In this document: positions 9,750 through 22,612 of the stretch, in pieces
Layout: every line of letters starts with the position of its first letter
Position numbering within the stretch: position 1 is the first letter of the stretch
From: an uncultured delta proteobacterium
GTDB taxonomy: Bacteria; Myxococcota; Myxococcia; Myxococcales; Myxococcaceae
Length of the DNA: 64,000 nt
NCBI GenBank assembly: GCA_963776345.1
Contig: CAVZMH010000017.1
Coordinates: forward strand, 192,001 to 256,000
Reading direction: 5' to 3'
The notes under the pieces: generated by a model
What the model saw: only the letters and a program-made list of their open reading frames with translations
Told to the model about the DNA's origin: nothing
Databases searched by the model: none
Translations under genes and position numbers: made by a program

Positions 9750-10193
9750 GTGATCAAGACGATCGCAGTGGCAACCGTTGTCGCAGCAGCGCTCCTCGTC
9801 CCGGTGGCCGCAGGGGCCAAGGACGGAGGGAAGGCGGCCGTCGTTCCAGCGGGCGACCTCAAATTCACCGAGGACGCCAAGAACCCGGGGGTGCAGGTCG
9901 CCGTGCTGTCGGGAGATCCCAAGAAGGGCGCGAGCCACCTCATCATCAAGCTTCCGGCGAACTTCTCGGCGCCGCTGCACCATCACACCTCCGACCATTA
10001 CTCGGTGGTTCTGGCGGGGACCATGGTCTTCAACTTCGATGGTCAGGACCACACCTTGCCCGCGGGCTCGTACTTCTCCTTCACCGGGAAGAAGCAGCAC
10101 ACCACCCAGTGCCACGACCCTGCGGGGTGCACGCTCTTCGTGGATACCCGCGGCAAGTGGGACGTGGTTCCGGAGAAGACCCCGAGCAAGTAG
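9750..10193 (+). CDS. Secreted cupin domain protein (DUF4437-like)
   Basis: RBS AAGGAG, signal peptide, GDPKKG, PLHHHTSD, GSYF...HTTQC cupin motifs. Confidence 0.85.
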   Translation: MIKTIAVATVVAAALLVPVAAGAKDGGKAAVVPAGDLKFTEDAKNPGVQVAVLSGDPKKGASHLIIKLPANFSAPLHHHTSDHYSVVLAGTMVFNFDGQDHTLPAGSYFSFTGKKQHTTQCHDPAGCTLFVDTRGKWDVVPEKTPSK

Positions 10194-10233
10194 GCCTGCA
10201 AAGGGTCATCCGGCCTCTCACCGGCTCTGCCGT

Positions 10234-10266
10234 CGCGGCGACGAGGTGTCCGACACCTCCGCCGCG
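10234..10266. repeat. GAGGTGTC-N-GACACCTC palindromic repeat, extended hairpin between convergent genes
   Basis: cgcggcg-ac-GAGGTGTC-C-GACACCTC-cgccgcg. Same core as the copies at 41.2, 46.4, 46.6 and 48.2 kb. Confidence 0.75.
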
Positions 10267-10340
10267 GGCTCGTCCCTCACGGGGCGAACGTTGCCGGCCG
10301 CGTCCATCACTCGATGACCCTCGTCGAGGACGGCCGGCGT

Positions 10341-12962
<2,622 letters not shown>

Positions 12963-12966
<4 letters not shown>

Positions 12967-14477
12967 GCCGCCGCCTCTCCTCGCTGGTCCTGGTCCTGCT
13001 CGCGCTCGGCTGCGCCTCGGGCCGGCCTGCCCCCTCGGTGGCAGCGGCGCCTGCCCCCACCCCCGCGCCCGACGCCTGGCGCGTCACCCAGCCCGAGGCG
13101 CTCCCGGCCGTGCCGCCGTTCAAGGCGCCGGTTCCCGTCCAGCGGGCGCTGCCGAACCGGCTCCCGGTGCTGCTTCGCGAGAACCACGCCGTGCCGGTGG
13201 TGGTGGTGGAGCTGGCGATCAAGACGGGCGTGGACGGCGATCCTCCGGACAGGCCCGGGCTCGCCGACTTCCTGGCCGCGGCGCTCGACGAGGGCACCCG
13301 GAGCCGCACCTCCGAGCAGCTCGCCGAGCAGCTCGAGGACCTCGCCGCCTCGCTCAGCGTGAGCCCGGGGCTGGACGGCATCCGCATCCACCTCAACTGC
13401 CTGTCGGACACGCTGCAGCCCGCGCTCGAGCTGCTCGCGGACGTGGCGCTCAACCCGGCGTTCCGCCCGGACGACATCGAGCGCGTGCGCGGCATCACCC
13501 TCACCGGCCTGGAGCAGCGGCGGGGCAACCCGGGCGCGCTGGCCAGCGACGAGGTGGCCCGGCTGCTCTACGGACCGCGGCACCCCTGGGGCCAGCCCGC
13601 GGGCGGAACGGCGGAGTCGGTGCGCTCCATCCGGCGGCAGGACCTGGTGCGCTTCCACGACACGTACTTCCGTCCGAACAACGCGCTGCTCTCCGTCTCG
13701 GGCGACTTCGAGCCGGCCAACATCCTCCGGCTCCTCGCCGAGCGATTCGGCGCCTGGCGACCCAAGGCCGTTCCCCCCTCGCGCCTGCCGCCGTTCCCGA
13801 AGGAGGGCACGCGCACCGTCGTCACCGTGGACATGCCGGACGGCACCCAGAGCCAGGTCGCGCTCGCCACCCGGACCCTCTCCGCGACCGCTCCCGACGC
13901 GCTCGCCCTCAGCACGGCGAGCATCGCGCTGGGCGGGCTCTTCACCAGCCGCCTCAACCAGCAGCTGCGCGAGGTCCGAGGCTGGACCTACGGGATGTTC
14001 AGCTCGGTGGGCTTCAACAAGCGGACGGGCGTGTTCCAGGTGCGGGGGTCGGTCATCGCCGCGCACACGGTCGACTCGCTCAAGGACATCGAGGCGGAGC
14101 TCCAGAAGTACGCCACCGGCGACATCACCGACGCCGAGCTGGCCCACGCCAAGGAAGGCATCCTCCAGTCGCTCCCCCAGGCGCTGGAGACCAACGACGC
14201 GGTGGCGAGCACCTTCGTCACCCTCTCGCTCATCGGACGGCCGCTGGACTGGTACGCCACCCTGCCCAAGCGTCTGGGCGTGCTCGACCGCGACGAGGTG
14301 GCGCGGGTCTCGCGCGCGTACCTGGCTCCGGCGACGCTCCCGGTGGTGGTGGTGGGACCGAAGAAGAACCAGGAGGGGCTGGCGGAGCTGCAGCTCGGAC
14401 CGCTCGTCGACCGCACCGCCGAGGCGAAGGGCCTCGCCGGCCGGCCGCCGCCGCCGTCCGTGCCCGTGGCTCGCTGA
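12963..14477 (+). CDS. M16 peptidase, non-catalytic partner subunit (lipoprotein)
   Basis: Lipobox LALGC. HXXEH is replaced (GLADFLAAALDEGT). SRLNQQLREVRGWTYG present. ATGA overlap. Confidence 0.9.
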
Positions 14478-14502
14478 CCGTCGGCCTTCGCTCAGCTCGG
14501 CA

Positions 14503-15222
14503 TCAGCGCTTCACCGAGTACTTGGCGATGGCGTAGAGCGCGCGGACGCCGTCCTTCCAGCCGATCTTCTTGCCCTCCTCGTACGTGCGCCCGTGGTAGC
14601 TGATGGGCACCTCGTAGACGCGGGCGCCGGCGCGGGCCACCTTGGCGGTGATCTCCGGCTCGAAGCCGAACCGGTCCTCCTCGATGGCGATGGACTGGAT
14701 GAGCTCGCGGCGGAACGCCTTGTAGCAGGTCTCCATGTCCGTCAGGTTCAGCCCGGAGGTCATGTTGGAGAGCGTGGTCAGGCCCCAGTTCACCACCGCG
14801 TGCCAGTAGTAGAGGACCCGGCGCGGGGTGCCGATGAAACGGCTGCCGTACACCACGTCCGCCACGCCATCCTGGATGGGCGCGACCAGGCGGGGAATCT
14901 CGCGCGGGTCGTACTCGAGGTCGGCGTCCTGCACCACGACCACCTCCCCGGTCGCCTCGGCGAAGCCCCGCCGAAGCGCCGCCCCCTTTCCCTGGTTCCT
15001 CTCCTGGAAGAGGACGTGGAGCGTGTTCTCGTTCGCCGGTCGCGCTCCGGGCAGCGCTGCGAGCCCGCTCTCGGCCAGGCCGGTCAAGATCTCCCGGCTG
15101 CCGTCGGTGGAGCAGTCGTCCACCACCACCAGCTCCTTGGGCATGTCCACCGCCACCACCCGCCGGAGCAGCTCCTCGAGCGAGGTCTTCTCGTTGTAGA
15201 CCGGGATGACCAGCGAGACCAT
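14503..15222 (-). CDS. Glycosyltransferase family 2 (polyprenyl-phosphate GT-like)
   Basis: SLVIPVYNE, VVDDCSTDG, NQGKGAA, QDADLEYDP, TDMETCYKAF. Alternative start at 15234. Confidence 0.95.
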   Translation of the reverse strand: MVSLVIPVYNEKTSLEELLRRVVAVDMPKELVVVDDCSTDGSREILTGLAESGLAALPGARPANENTLHVLFQERNQGKGAALRRGFAEATGEVVVVQDADLEYDPREIPRLVAPIQDGVADVVYGSRFIGTPRRVLYYWHAVVNWGLTTLSNMTSGLNLTDMETCYKAFRRELIQSIAIEEDRFGFEPEITAKVARAGARVYEVPISYHGRTYEEGKKIGWKDGVRALYAIAKYSVKR

Positions 15223-15239
15223 CGCTGGCCCCATAGCAG

Positions 15240-16127
15240 ATGAACGAACCCCGGTGGCTCTCCGCGCAGTTTCCGTATCCCCCGGACACGGAACCCGTTC
15301 CCGGTGGGACGATGGCCTGGGTGGAGTCCGGGCGCGGCCGGGACGTGGTCTGCGTCCACGGAAACCCCACCTGGGGCTTCGTCTGGCGGCGGGTCATGGC
15401 GGCGCTGGAGGGACAGCGCCTCCACGTCCTCGCGCCGGACCTCCTCGGCTGCGGCCGCAGCAGCAAGCCGCAGGCGGTGGGGTGGCACACGCTCGACCGC
15501 CACGCCGGAGCTCTGGCCGCCTGGATGGAGGCCCGCCGGCTGGTGGACCCCATCCTGGTGGTCCAGGACTGGGGCGGGCCCATCGGACTTCTCGCCGCGT
15601 CCCGTGCGGCCTCGGTGCGCGTGTCCGCGGTGTGCCTGCTGAACACCGCGGTGGTGTTGCCGGAGCGCTTCCGGGGCACCCGCTTCCACCGGCTCGCTCG
15701 CACCCGGCTGCTCGCCCCGGTGCTCTTCCGCGGGCTGGGCTTTCCCCTCCGCTCGCTCCACCGGACGCAGGGGGATCGCCGCTCCATCTCCGGTGACGTG
15801 GCCCGGGCGTACCGCTGGCCCTTCCGGAGGTGGGTGGACCGCGCCGCCCCGCTCGGCCTCGCGCGCATGGTCCCGGACTCGCCCGAGCACTCCAGCGTGC
15901 CCGGCCTTCGCGCGGTGGACGCGTGGGTCCGCGCCTTCCCGGGGCCCGTCGAGCTGGTGTGGGGACGCGCCGACCCCATCCTGGGGCGGGCGCTGCGGCG
16001 GCACGCCGAGCAGCTTCCACGCGCCCGGGTGACCGAAACGGAGGCCGGGCACTTCCTCCAGGAGGAGGTCCCGGAGATCATCGCCCGCAGCATCCGGCGG
16101 CTGGCCGGGATGCAGGAGGCTCCGTGA
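15240..16127 (+). CDS. Alpha/beta hydrolase, haloalkane dehalogenase/OleB-like
   Basis: HGNPTW, APDLLGCGRSSKP, VQDWGGPIG (Asp nucleophile), AGHFLQEE. Confidence 0.88.
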   Translation: MNEPRWLSAQFPYPPDTEPVPGGTMAWVESGRGRDVVCVHGNPTWGFVWRRVMAALEGQRLHVLAPDLLGCGRSSKPQAVGWHTLDRHAGALAAWMEARRLVDPILVVQDWGGPIGLLAASRAASVRVSAVCLLNTAVVLPERFRGTRFHRLARTRLLAPVLFRGLGFPLRSLHRTQGDRRSISGDVARAYRWPFRRWVDRAAPLGLARMVPDSPEHSSVPGLRAVDAWVRAFPGPVELVWGRADPILGRALRRHAEQLPRARVTETEAGHFLQEEVPEIIARSIRRLAGMQEAP

Positions 16128-16942
16128 CCCATCCGCTCGAACCGCTGGTCACCGCCGCGTACGCCGACCGCTCGCTGCTGGAGAAGCCCGGGTACCGGGA
16201 GGCGGTGCTGAAGGCGATGGCCGGGCTCGACGACGGCTCGCTGCGGGTCGCCGAGAAGGGACCCGAAGGCTGGACGGTGAACGTCTGGCTGAAGGAGGCG
16301 ATCCTTCTCTTCTTCGCCATCTCCGAGATGAAGGTCTGGGAGGTCGGGCCGTTCGAGTTCCACGACAAGCTGCCGCTCAAGAAGGACCTGGCGCGCGCAG
16401 GGGTGCGGGTGGTGCCGCCGGGCACCGTGCGCTACGGGGCGCACCTCGAGTCCGGGGCGGTGGTGATGCCCGGCTACGTCAACATCGGCGCCCGCGTGGG
16501 CGCCGGGACGATGGTGGACACCTGGGCCACCGTGGGCTCGTGCGCCCAGGTCGGCAAGGGCGTGCACCTCTCCGGCGGCGTAGGGCTGGGCGGGGTGCTC
16601 GAGCCGCCCGGGGCGCGGCCGGTCATCATCGAGGACGGCGCGTTCATCGGGAGCCGGGCCATCGTCGTCGAGGGGGTGGTGGTCGAGGAGGAGGCGGTGC
16701 TCGCGGCGAACACCGTGCTCACCGCCAGCACCCGCATCATCGACGTGACCGGCCCCGTGCCGCGCGAGTGGAAGGGCCGCGTGCCCGCGCGCAGCGTGGT
16801 CATCCCCGGGAGCGTGCCGAAGCAGTTCCCGGCCGGCACCTACGCCATCCCCTGCGCGCTGGTCATCGGGCAGCGCTCCCAGAGCACCGACCGGAAGACC
16901 TCGCTCAACCAGGCGCTCCGGGACTTCGCGGTGCCGGTGTGA
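16124..16942 (+). CDS. dapD: Tetrahydrodipicolinate N-succinyltransferase
   Basis: WLKEAILLFF, FHDKLPLK, YVNIGA, MVDTWATVGSCAQVG, GGVLEP, KTSLNQALR. GTGA overlap. Confidence 0.97.
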   Translation: MTHPLEPLVTAAYADRSLLEKPGYREAVLKAMAGLDDGSLRVAEKGPEGWTVNVWLKEAILLFFAISEMKVWEVGPFEFHDKLPLKKDLARAGVRVVPPGTVRYGAHLESGAVVMPGYVNIGARVGAGTMVDTWATVGSCAQVGKGVHLSGGVGLGGVLEPPGARPVIIEDGAFIGSRAIVVEGVVVEEEAVLAANTVLTASTRIIDVTGPVPREWKGRVPARSVVIPGSVPKQFPAGTYAIPCALVIGQRSQSTDRKTSLNQALRDFAVPV

Positions 16943-18045
16943 GCGCGGACCTCCTCGCCGAGGTGGGCGCCGAGCCCGACGCGGCGAGCCTCGGGCGCCG
17001 GGCGCTGGCGCTCTGTGCCATCCCCAGCCCCATCGGGCACGAGGCGGCGCTGGCGGATGCGGTCACCGCCTGGGCGAGCCACGTCTACGACGCGGGAGAG
17101 GTGGTGCGGATCGGGCACTCGTTCGTCCTCGGCCGTCGCGACGACCCGCGCCCGGCGGTGGGACTGGTCGGTCACCTGGACACCGTGCCCGCCAGGCCCG
17201 GCGAGGCGGCCCCGCGTCTGGAGGGAGCGCGGCTCCACGGCCTCGGCAGCTCGGACATGAAGGGCGGCGTGGCGGTGATGATGGCGCTGGCGGAGACGCT
17301 GGAGCTCGACGCGCTGCCGGTCAATCCCCTGCTGGTCCTGTACGAGCGTGAGGAGGGCCCGTACCTCGAGTCGGGGCTCGGGCCGCTGTTCGAGTCGGTG
17401 CCGGCGCTGCGGCGGCTCGCGTTCGGCGTCGCGCTCGAGCCGACCGACGGGGTGGTGCAGGTGGGCTGCGTGGGCTCGCTGCACGCCACGGCGCGCTTCC
17501 ACGGCCGCGCTGCGCATGCCGCCCGTCCCTGGCAGGGGGTGAACGCGATTCACCTCGCCGGGCCGCTGCTGGCCGAGCTGCTGGGCCGCCCGCCGCGGGA
17601 GGTGGAGCGCGGGGGGTTCGTCTTTCGCGAGGTGACCTCGGCCACCCTGGCCTCCGGCGGGCGGGCGCGGAACGTGGTGCCGGACACCTTCGAGGTGAAC
17701 CTCAACGTGCGGTTCGCGCCGGGCCGGACGCCGGAGGAGGCGGAGGCCGAGCTGCGGGCGTGGATCGGCGACCGGGCCGAGGTGACGGTGACCGACCGTG
17801 CGCCGTCCGGGCCGGTGTGCACGGCGAATCCGCTCTACCGGAAGCTGCTCCAGAGCACCGGGCTGCGCGCCGAGCCCAAGCAGGCCTGGACCGACGTGGC
17901 CCGCTTCGGGGCCATGGGCATCGACGCGGTGAACTACGGGCCCGGCGAGACGGCCCAGGCGCACCAGGCGGGCGAGAGCGCCAGCGTGCTCGCGCTGGAG
18001 GAGGCGTACCGGAAGCTGCGGGCGTTCCTCACCGCGCCGGGCTGA
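16939..18045 (+). CDS. dapE: Succinyl-diaminopimelate desuccinylase (M20)
   Basis: GHLDTVP, GLGSSDMKGG, YEREEG, HAARPWQG, WTDVARF, GPGETAQAH. Coupled to dapD. Confidence 0.92.
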   Translation: MSADLLAEVGAEPDAASLGRRALALCAIPSPIGHEAALADAVTAWASHVYDAGEVVRIGHSFVLGRRDDPRPAVGLVGHLDTVPARPGEAAPRLEGARLHGLGSSDMKGGVAVMMALAETLELDALPVNPLLVLYEREEGPYLESGLGPLFESVPALRRLAFGVALEPTDGVVQVGCVGSLHATARFHGRAAHAARPWQGVNAIHLAGPLLAELLGRPPREVERGGFVFREVTSATLASGGRARNVVPDTFEVNLNVRFAPGRTPEEAEAELRAWIGDRAEVTVTDRAPSGPVCTANPLYRKLLQSTGLRAEPKQAWTDVARFGAMGIDAVNYGPGETAQAHQAGESASVLALEEAYRKLRAFLTAPG

Positions 18046-18262
18046 GCAGGCGGCGGATCAGGCTCGGGGTTCCGGCCGGCGTTCGGGGACCGGGCGGGCG
18101 CCTGCGCAGGCACCCGGGGGGAGCGGCCGTTCGGGCCCCGGCTGCCTCGAGGGAGGACGGGGTCGTTCCGATCTGCGGGGGGACGCCTCCAATCGTCGCT
18201 GGCCTCGGTCCCGGGCCGTGGCAGGGTGTCACGCGGGCGATTCGCAGGCGCACCACTGCGCA

Positions 18263-18300
18263 GGAAATGCACCTGACTATTTCTGGGAAATAGGCAGGTG
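18263..18300. repeat. AT-rich palindromic intergenic repeat, copy 2
   Basis: ggaaatg-CACCTGACTATTTCTGGGAAATAGGCAGGTG matches 2901-2938. Confidence 0.85.
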
Positions 18301-18464
18301 ACTTGCCTGAGTAGTTCGGCAGCCGTGCCGCACCGACAGCCGTGCGCACCATTCGGCGCACCGTGGCCGACCCCGGCCTCAGCGGTGGAGCCGGACTCGC
18401 GTTCCGGCCACCGCCCGCTGCGACTGTGCTGGCCGGGCTCCGGTCAGGCGGGGGAGAGTCGGAC

Positions 18465-19073
18465 ATGCACACCCTCTACGGCAACTCCACCTCCGGGAAC
18501 TGCTGGAAGCCGGCGATGATGCTCCACGCCCGCGGTCTCCCGTTCCGCTGGATCGAGGTCGACATCCTCAAGGGCGAGAGCCGGACCCCCGAGTTCCTCG
18601 CCCTCAACCCGAACGGACGCGTCCCGCTGCTGGTCCTGCCCGACGGCCGCACCCTGGCCGAGTCCAACGCGATGCTGCTCCACCTGGGCGAGGGCTCGGC
18701 GTGGATCCCCCAGGACGCGTACCAGCGGGCCAAGATGTACCAGTGGCTCTTCTTCGAGCAGTACAGCCACGAGCCGTACGTCGCCACCGTCCGCTTCTGG
18801 GTGAAGTACGCCGGCAAGGCCGAGGAGAAGAAGCAGGAGATCGCCGAGCGGATGCCACGGGGGTACGCCGCGCTGGGGGTGATGGAGAAGGCGCTCGCCA
18901 GCTCGCCATTCCTGGTCGGCGAGCGGCCGACGCTGGCCGACATCGCGCTCTACGCGTACACCCACGTGGCGCCGCAGGGCGGGTTCTCGCTGGACGGTTA
19001 CCCCGGCATCCGTCGCTGGCTCGGCCGGGTCGCCGCGCTCCCCGACTTCGTGCCCATGCCGTTCCTCGGCTGA
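18465..19073 (+). CDS. Glutathione S-transferase
   Basis: SGNCWK, LNPNGRVP, LAESNAML, WLFFEQYSHEP, LADIALYAYTH. RBS GGAGAG. Confidence 0.95.
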   Translation: MHTLYGNSTSGNCWKPAMMLHARGLPFRWIEVDILKGESRTPEFLALNPNGRVPLLVLPDGRTLAESNAMLLHLGEGSAWIPQDAYQRAKMYQWLFFEQYSHEPYVATVRFWVKYAGKAEEKKQEIAERMPRGYAALGVMEKALASSPFLVGERPTLADIALYAYTHVAPQGGFSLDGYPGIRRWLGRVAALPDFVPMPFLG

Positions 19074-19120
19074 GCTCGCCCGTTTGCGGCGGGGCTCTCC
19101 CCGGGGGAGGCTCGGGGGCT

Positions 19121-20008
19121 GTGGTCCTTCCCTGGGAGCAGCTCCGCCTGGTGCTCGCCGTCGCCCGCCACGGCGCGCTGTCCGGTGCGGCCCGGGCCCT
19201 GGGGATGGCTCCCGCCGCGCTCGACGCGGAGCTGAAGCGCGTGGAGCGCGCGGCCGGGGCGGCGCTCTTCGTCCGCGAGGACGGCCGCCTCCTCCCCACC
19301 GACGCCGGCCGGAGCGCGCTGCACACCGGTGAGCGGATGTCCGAGGAGATGGCGCGGGTGGACCGCGCCCTGCCGCAGGTCCCGCCGGGCCCGCCGGTGC
19401 GCGTTCGTGTCGAGGAGACGCTCGCCGCGCAGTGGCTGCAGACCGCCGCCGCGGACCTGGCCCGGAAGCTGGGTGGCGTCACGCTCGAGCTCGTCACCGG
19501 GCGCGGCGGCAGGCGCACCGAGGTCGACCTGGAGGTGACGTCGCACCGTGCCACCGGACAGGGCGACGCGCCCCGTGTCCTCGGGGTGACGGCCGACGCG
19601 CTCTACGCCTCGGAGGCCTACCTGCTCGACCACGGACGCCCGGCCCGCGCGGATCGGCTGGTCGGACACCGCGTGGTGCTGCTCACCGGCGCGCCGGCGC
19701 GGACGGAGGCGGGCCGCTGGCTGCTCGAGGCGTCGCGCCACGGCGCCCGGGTGTCGCTCCGGACCGACAGCATCCCGGTGTTCCTCTCGGCGGTGCACGC
19801 CGGCGTCGGGCTCGGGGTGCTCCCCCGCGGCTCCGAGGAGCTCGCGCCCGAGCTCGTCCCCGTCGCCGAGCTGCCGGAGATCCCGGTCCGCCAGGTCTGG
19901 CTGCTCTTCCGCCGCGAGGGCCGTCCGTCCCCGCGGGTGCGGCGCGCGGCGCAGGTGCTCGAGCAGACGCTGGGTGCGGCGCTCCGGAGGTGGGAGCGCG
20001 GCCGCTGA
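19121..20008 (+). CDS. LysR family regulator (divergent HTH)
   Basis: WEQLRLVLAVARHGALSGAARALG...LFVREDGRLLPTDAG, LYASEAYL, AVHAGVGLGVLP. Confidence 0.85.
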   Translation: MVLPWEQLRLVLAVARHGALSGAARALGMAPAALDAELKRVERAAGAALFVREDGRLLPTDAGRSALHTGERMSEEMARVDRALPQVPPGPPVRVRVEETLAAQWLQTAAADLARKLGGVTLELVTGRGGRRTEVDLEVTSHRATGQGDAPRVLGVTADALYASEAYLLDHGRPARADRLVGHRVVLLTGAPARTEAGRWLLEASRHGARVSLRTDSIPVFLSAVHAGVGLGVLPRGSEELAPELVPVAELPEIPVRQVWLLFRREGRPSPRVRRAAQVLEQTLGAALRRWERGR

Positions 20009-20067
20009 TCCCGGGCCTCCGCGGGACTGCTAGGCTCGCCACCTGCGTCCCCGGGGGGACATCGACC

Positions 20068-21918
20068 GTGGAAGACGCGGCCTCGACCGTCGAAGCACCG
20101 GCGCCCGCTCGGCCCGCGGAGGCGTCCACGCTCGCGGTGGTCCTGCTGGCGCTGCTCGGGTACGCGGTTCTCGCCGCGGCGCTCGTGCTTCTGGGCGCGG
20201 CGTTCGTCCTGGTGCTCCGTTTGCTGGTGACCGGGAAGCTCAACTTCCTGGCGGTCAAGCTGGTGCTGGTCCTGGTCCCGCTGGCGTGGATCATCCTCCG
20301 GTCCCTCTGGGTGCGCATCGAGCCGCCGATGGGCCTCGCGCTCGAGACCGCGGACGCCCCGCGGCTCTTCGAGCTCGTCGAGCGGGTGCGCGGCGCGCTC
20401 CGGGCTCCGCACGTCGACACCATCTTGCTCACCGAGGACCTCAACGCCGGCGTCGCCCACGTTCCCTGGCTCGGGATGTTCGGCCCGGGCCGCACGTTCC
20501 TGGTCGTCGGGCTCCCGCTGCTGCAGGGGCTCACCGAGCCACAGCTCGAGGCGGTGCTGGCGCACGAGTTCGGGCACGTCTCCGGGAAGCACACCCGCTT
20601 CGGCGCCTGGGTCTACCGAGCGCGGCTCACCTGGGCCCGGCTCGCCGCCCAGCTCCAGGGCTCCCGGGCGGGCGCCCCGCTGGGGGCCTTCGTCCGCTGG
20701 TACTACCCACGCTTCGACGCCGCGTCGCTGGTCGTCGCCCGCGCGCAGGAGCTGCAGGCGGACCGCGAGTCGGCCGCGTTCGCCGGTGCGCGGACGGCCG
20801 CTGATGCGCTCATCGCCACCCAGCTCCAGGGACGGCTGCTCGGTGAGCGGTTCTGGAGCGAGCTCGCCCGGAGGAACGCCAGCGTCCCCGAGCCGCCCGC
20901 CGCGCTCTTCGCCGAAACGCGCGCGCTGCTCACCGGAGGCCTCGCGCCCGAGCTCGCCACCCGCTGGGTCCGTCACGCGCTCGCCGAGACCGAGGACCCG
21001 GCCGACACCCACCCTCCGCTCTCCGAGCGGCTCCGCCACCTGGGCCAGACCGAGCGCGTCCCGCCCCCGGGCCCGCCCGCGAGCCAGACCCTGCTCGGGA
21101 CGTCCGAGGCGCGGCTCGAGCAGGCCCTGGGGCGGTGGTGGTCCGAGCGCGCCACGGAGGGCTGGCAGGACCGCCACCAGTCGCTGGAGAAGCAGCGGCG
21201 CCGGCTGCGAGAGCTCGAGGAGACGCTCGCCGGCGGGGCGCTGCCGGTGGACGACGCCTGGCAGCGGGCGGACCTGGTGGAGGACTTCCGCGGCGAGGCC
21301 GAGGCTCTCCCCCTCTTCGAGGAGGTGCTGGCGCGCGCTCCGGACCACGCCCGGGCACACCTGAGCGTGGGACGAATCCTCGTGCTGCGAGACGACCCGG
21401 TGGCCCTCCCTCACCTCGAACGCGCGGCCCAGCTCGACCGTCGGCTCGAGGGCGTCGCCTGTGAGCTGCTGACGTTCTACTGGACCGGGCAAGGCCGGCC
21501 CGAGGAGGCGCAGGTCGCCCGGAGCCGGCTGGAGCGCTGGGGGCGCCTTGCCGAGGAGGCCCGGGCCGAGCGTTCCGCCCTCGGCCCCGGCGACCCGCTC
21601 GCCCCGCACGGCCTCGATCCGGAGGCGCTGGCCCGGCTCGGCAGGACGCTCGAGCGCTTCCCGGCGATCCACGAGGCCTGGCTGGTGAGGAAGGTGCTGC
21701 GTCACTTCCCCGAGGATCCGCTGTTCGTCCTGGCCGTCCGCGCCGGAGCGGTCTGGGCGCTGAACGACGTCCAGAAGGCACAGCAGCTCGTCCAGCAGCT
21801 CCTGCCCGAGCTGCAGCTGCCCGGCGGGGTCGTGGTGGTGGATCTCTTCACCCAGGGCGCCCTCGCGGAGCGCGTGCGCGGCTCCGCCGGGTCGGCGGCA
21901 TACCGGCGCGCCGGCTAG
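20068..21918 (+). CDS. M48 family membrane metallopeptidase with C-terminal TPR region
   Basis: Two N-terminal TM helices, DLNAGV, AVLAHEFGH (HEXXH), ELQADR, DTHPPLSERL. Confidence 0.9.
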   Translation: MEDAASTVEAPAPARPAEASTLAVVLLALLGYAVLAAALVLLGAAFVLVLRLLVTGKLNFLAVKLVLVLVPLAWIILRSLWVRIEPPMGLALETADAPRLFELVERVRGALRAPHVDTILLTEDLNAGVAHVPWLGMFGPGRTFLVVGLPLLQGLTEPQLEAVLAHEFGHVSGKHTRFGAWVYRARLTWARLAAQLQGSRAGAPLGAFVRWYYPRFDAASLVVARAQELQADRESAAFAGARTAADALIATQLQGRLLGERFWSELARRNASVPEPPAALFAETRALLTGGLAPELATRWVRHALAETEDPADTHPPLSERLRHLGQTERVPPPGPPASQTLLGTSEARLEQALGRWWSERATEGWQDRHQSLEKQRRRLRELEETLAGGALPVDDAWQRADLVEDFRGEAEALPLFEEVLARAPDHARAHLSVGRILVLRDDPVALPHLERAAQLDRRLEGVACELLTFYWTGQGRPEEAQVARSRLERWGRLAEEARAERSALGPGDPLAPHGLDPEALARLGRTLERFPAIHEAWLVRKVLRHFPEDPLFVLAVRAGAVWALNDVQKAQQLVQQLLPELQLPGGVVVVDLFTQGALAERVRGSAGSAAYRRAG

Positions 21919-22063
21919 GCGGCCCCCTCCTTCCTGCTCCCGGCCCTGGCCCGGCGCCAGCGGTCCCTGCCGCGGCCCCGAGTCGCGTCGACCCCTCCGT
22001 TGCCCCTCCTCCGGGGTGCGTGCTACGCCCACCAGTTGCGCGGAGAGACAGGTCGGAACCGTC

Positions 22064-22612
22064 ATGGCCCGAGCAGGACCCCGAACGTCAGGTGTCCTCG
22101 ACGCTGGGACGCGGGACCATCTGTTCAGCGCCGCCTATGACGAGCTGCGGCGACTGGCCGCGTCGGTTCGCCGCGACGACCCCGGCCGCACCCTCAGCCC
22201 CACCGCCCTGGTCAACGAGGCCTGGCTGAAGCTCGCCTCCTCGGCCGACTTCGCCGCCACCTCCCCGGCGCACTTCAAGCGCATCGCCGCCCGGGCCATG
22301 CGGCAGGTGCTGGTGGAGGCCGCCCGGCGCCGCTCGGCCCGGAAGCGCGGCGGGGGCGCCCCGATGGTGACCTTCGACGAGGACACCTTTCCGCCTGCGG
22401 GCGGCGCGGAGCAGCTCCTGGCGCTCGACACCGCCCTGGAGGCGCTGGCCCAGCTCGAGCCCCGCCAGGCGCTGATCGTCGAGAGCCGCTTCTTCGGCGG
22501 GCTCGACGTCCGCGAGACCTGCGAGGTCCTCGGCATCTCCGAGGCCACCGTCCTGCGCGACTGGCGCGCGGCGCGCGCCTTCCTGGCCCATGAGCTCCGC
22601 CAGCCAGGCTGA
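22064..22612 (+). CDS. ECF sigma factor, Ser/Thr-kinase-associated type (ECF43/TIGR02999-like)
   Basis: YDELRRLA, TLSPTALVNEAWLKL, AARAMRQVLVEAARRR...KRGGG, RFFGGL, RDWRAARAFL. Confidence 0.92.
   Translation: MARAGPRTSGVLDAGTRDHLFSAAYDELRRLAASVRRDDPGRTLSPTALVNEAWLKLASSADFAATSPAHFKRIAARAMRQVLVEAARRRSARKRGGGAPMVTFDEDTFPPAGGAEQLLALDTALEALAQLEPRQALIVESRFFGGLDVRETCEVLGISEATVLRDWRAARAFLAHELRQPG

Noticed and set aside
18248..18261. Third copy of the GCGCA/TGCGC site
   Set aside because: The spacer is 4 nt rather than 5, and I see no matching -24/-12 motif at the same distance.
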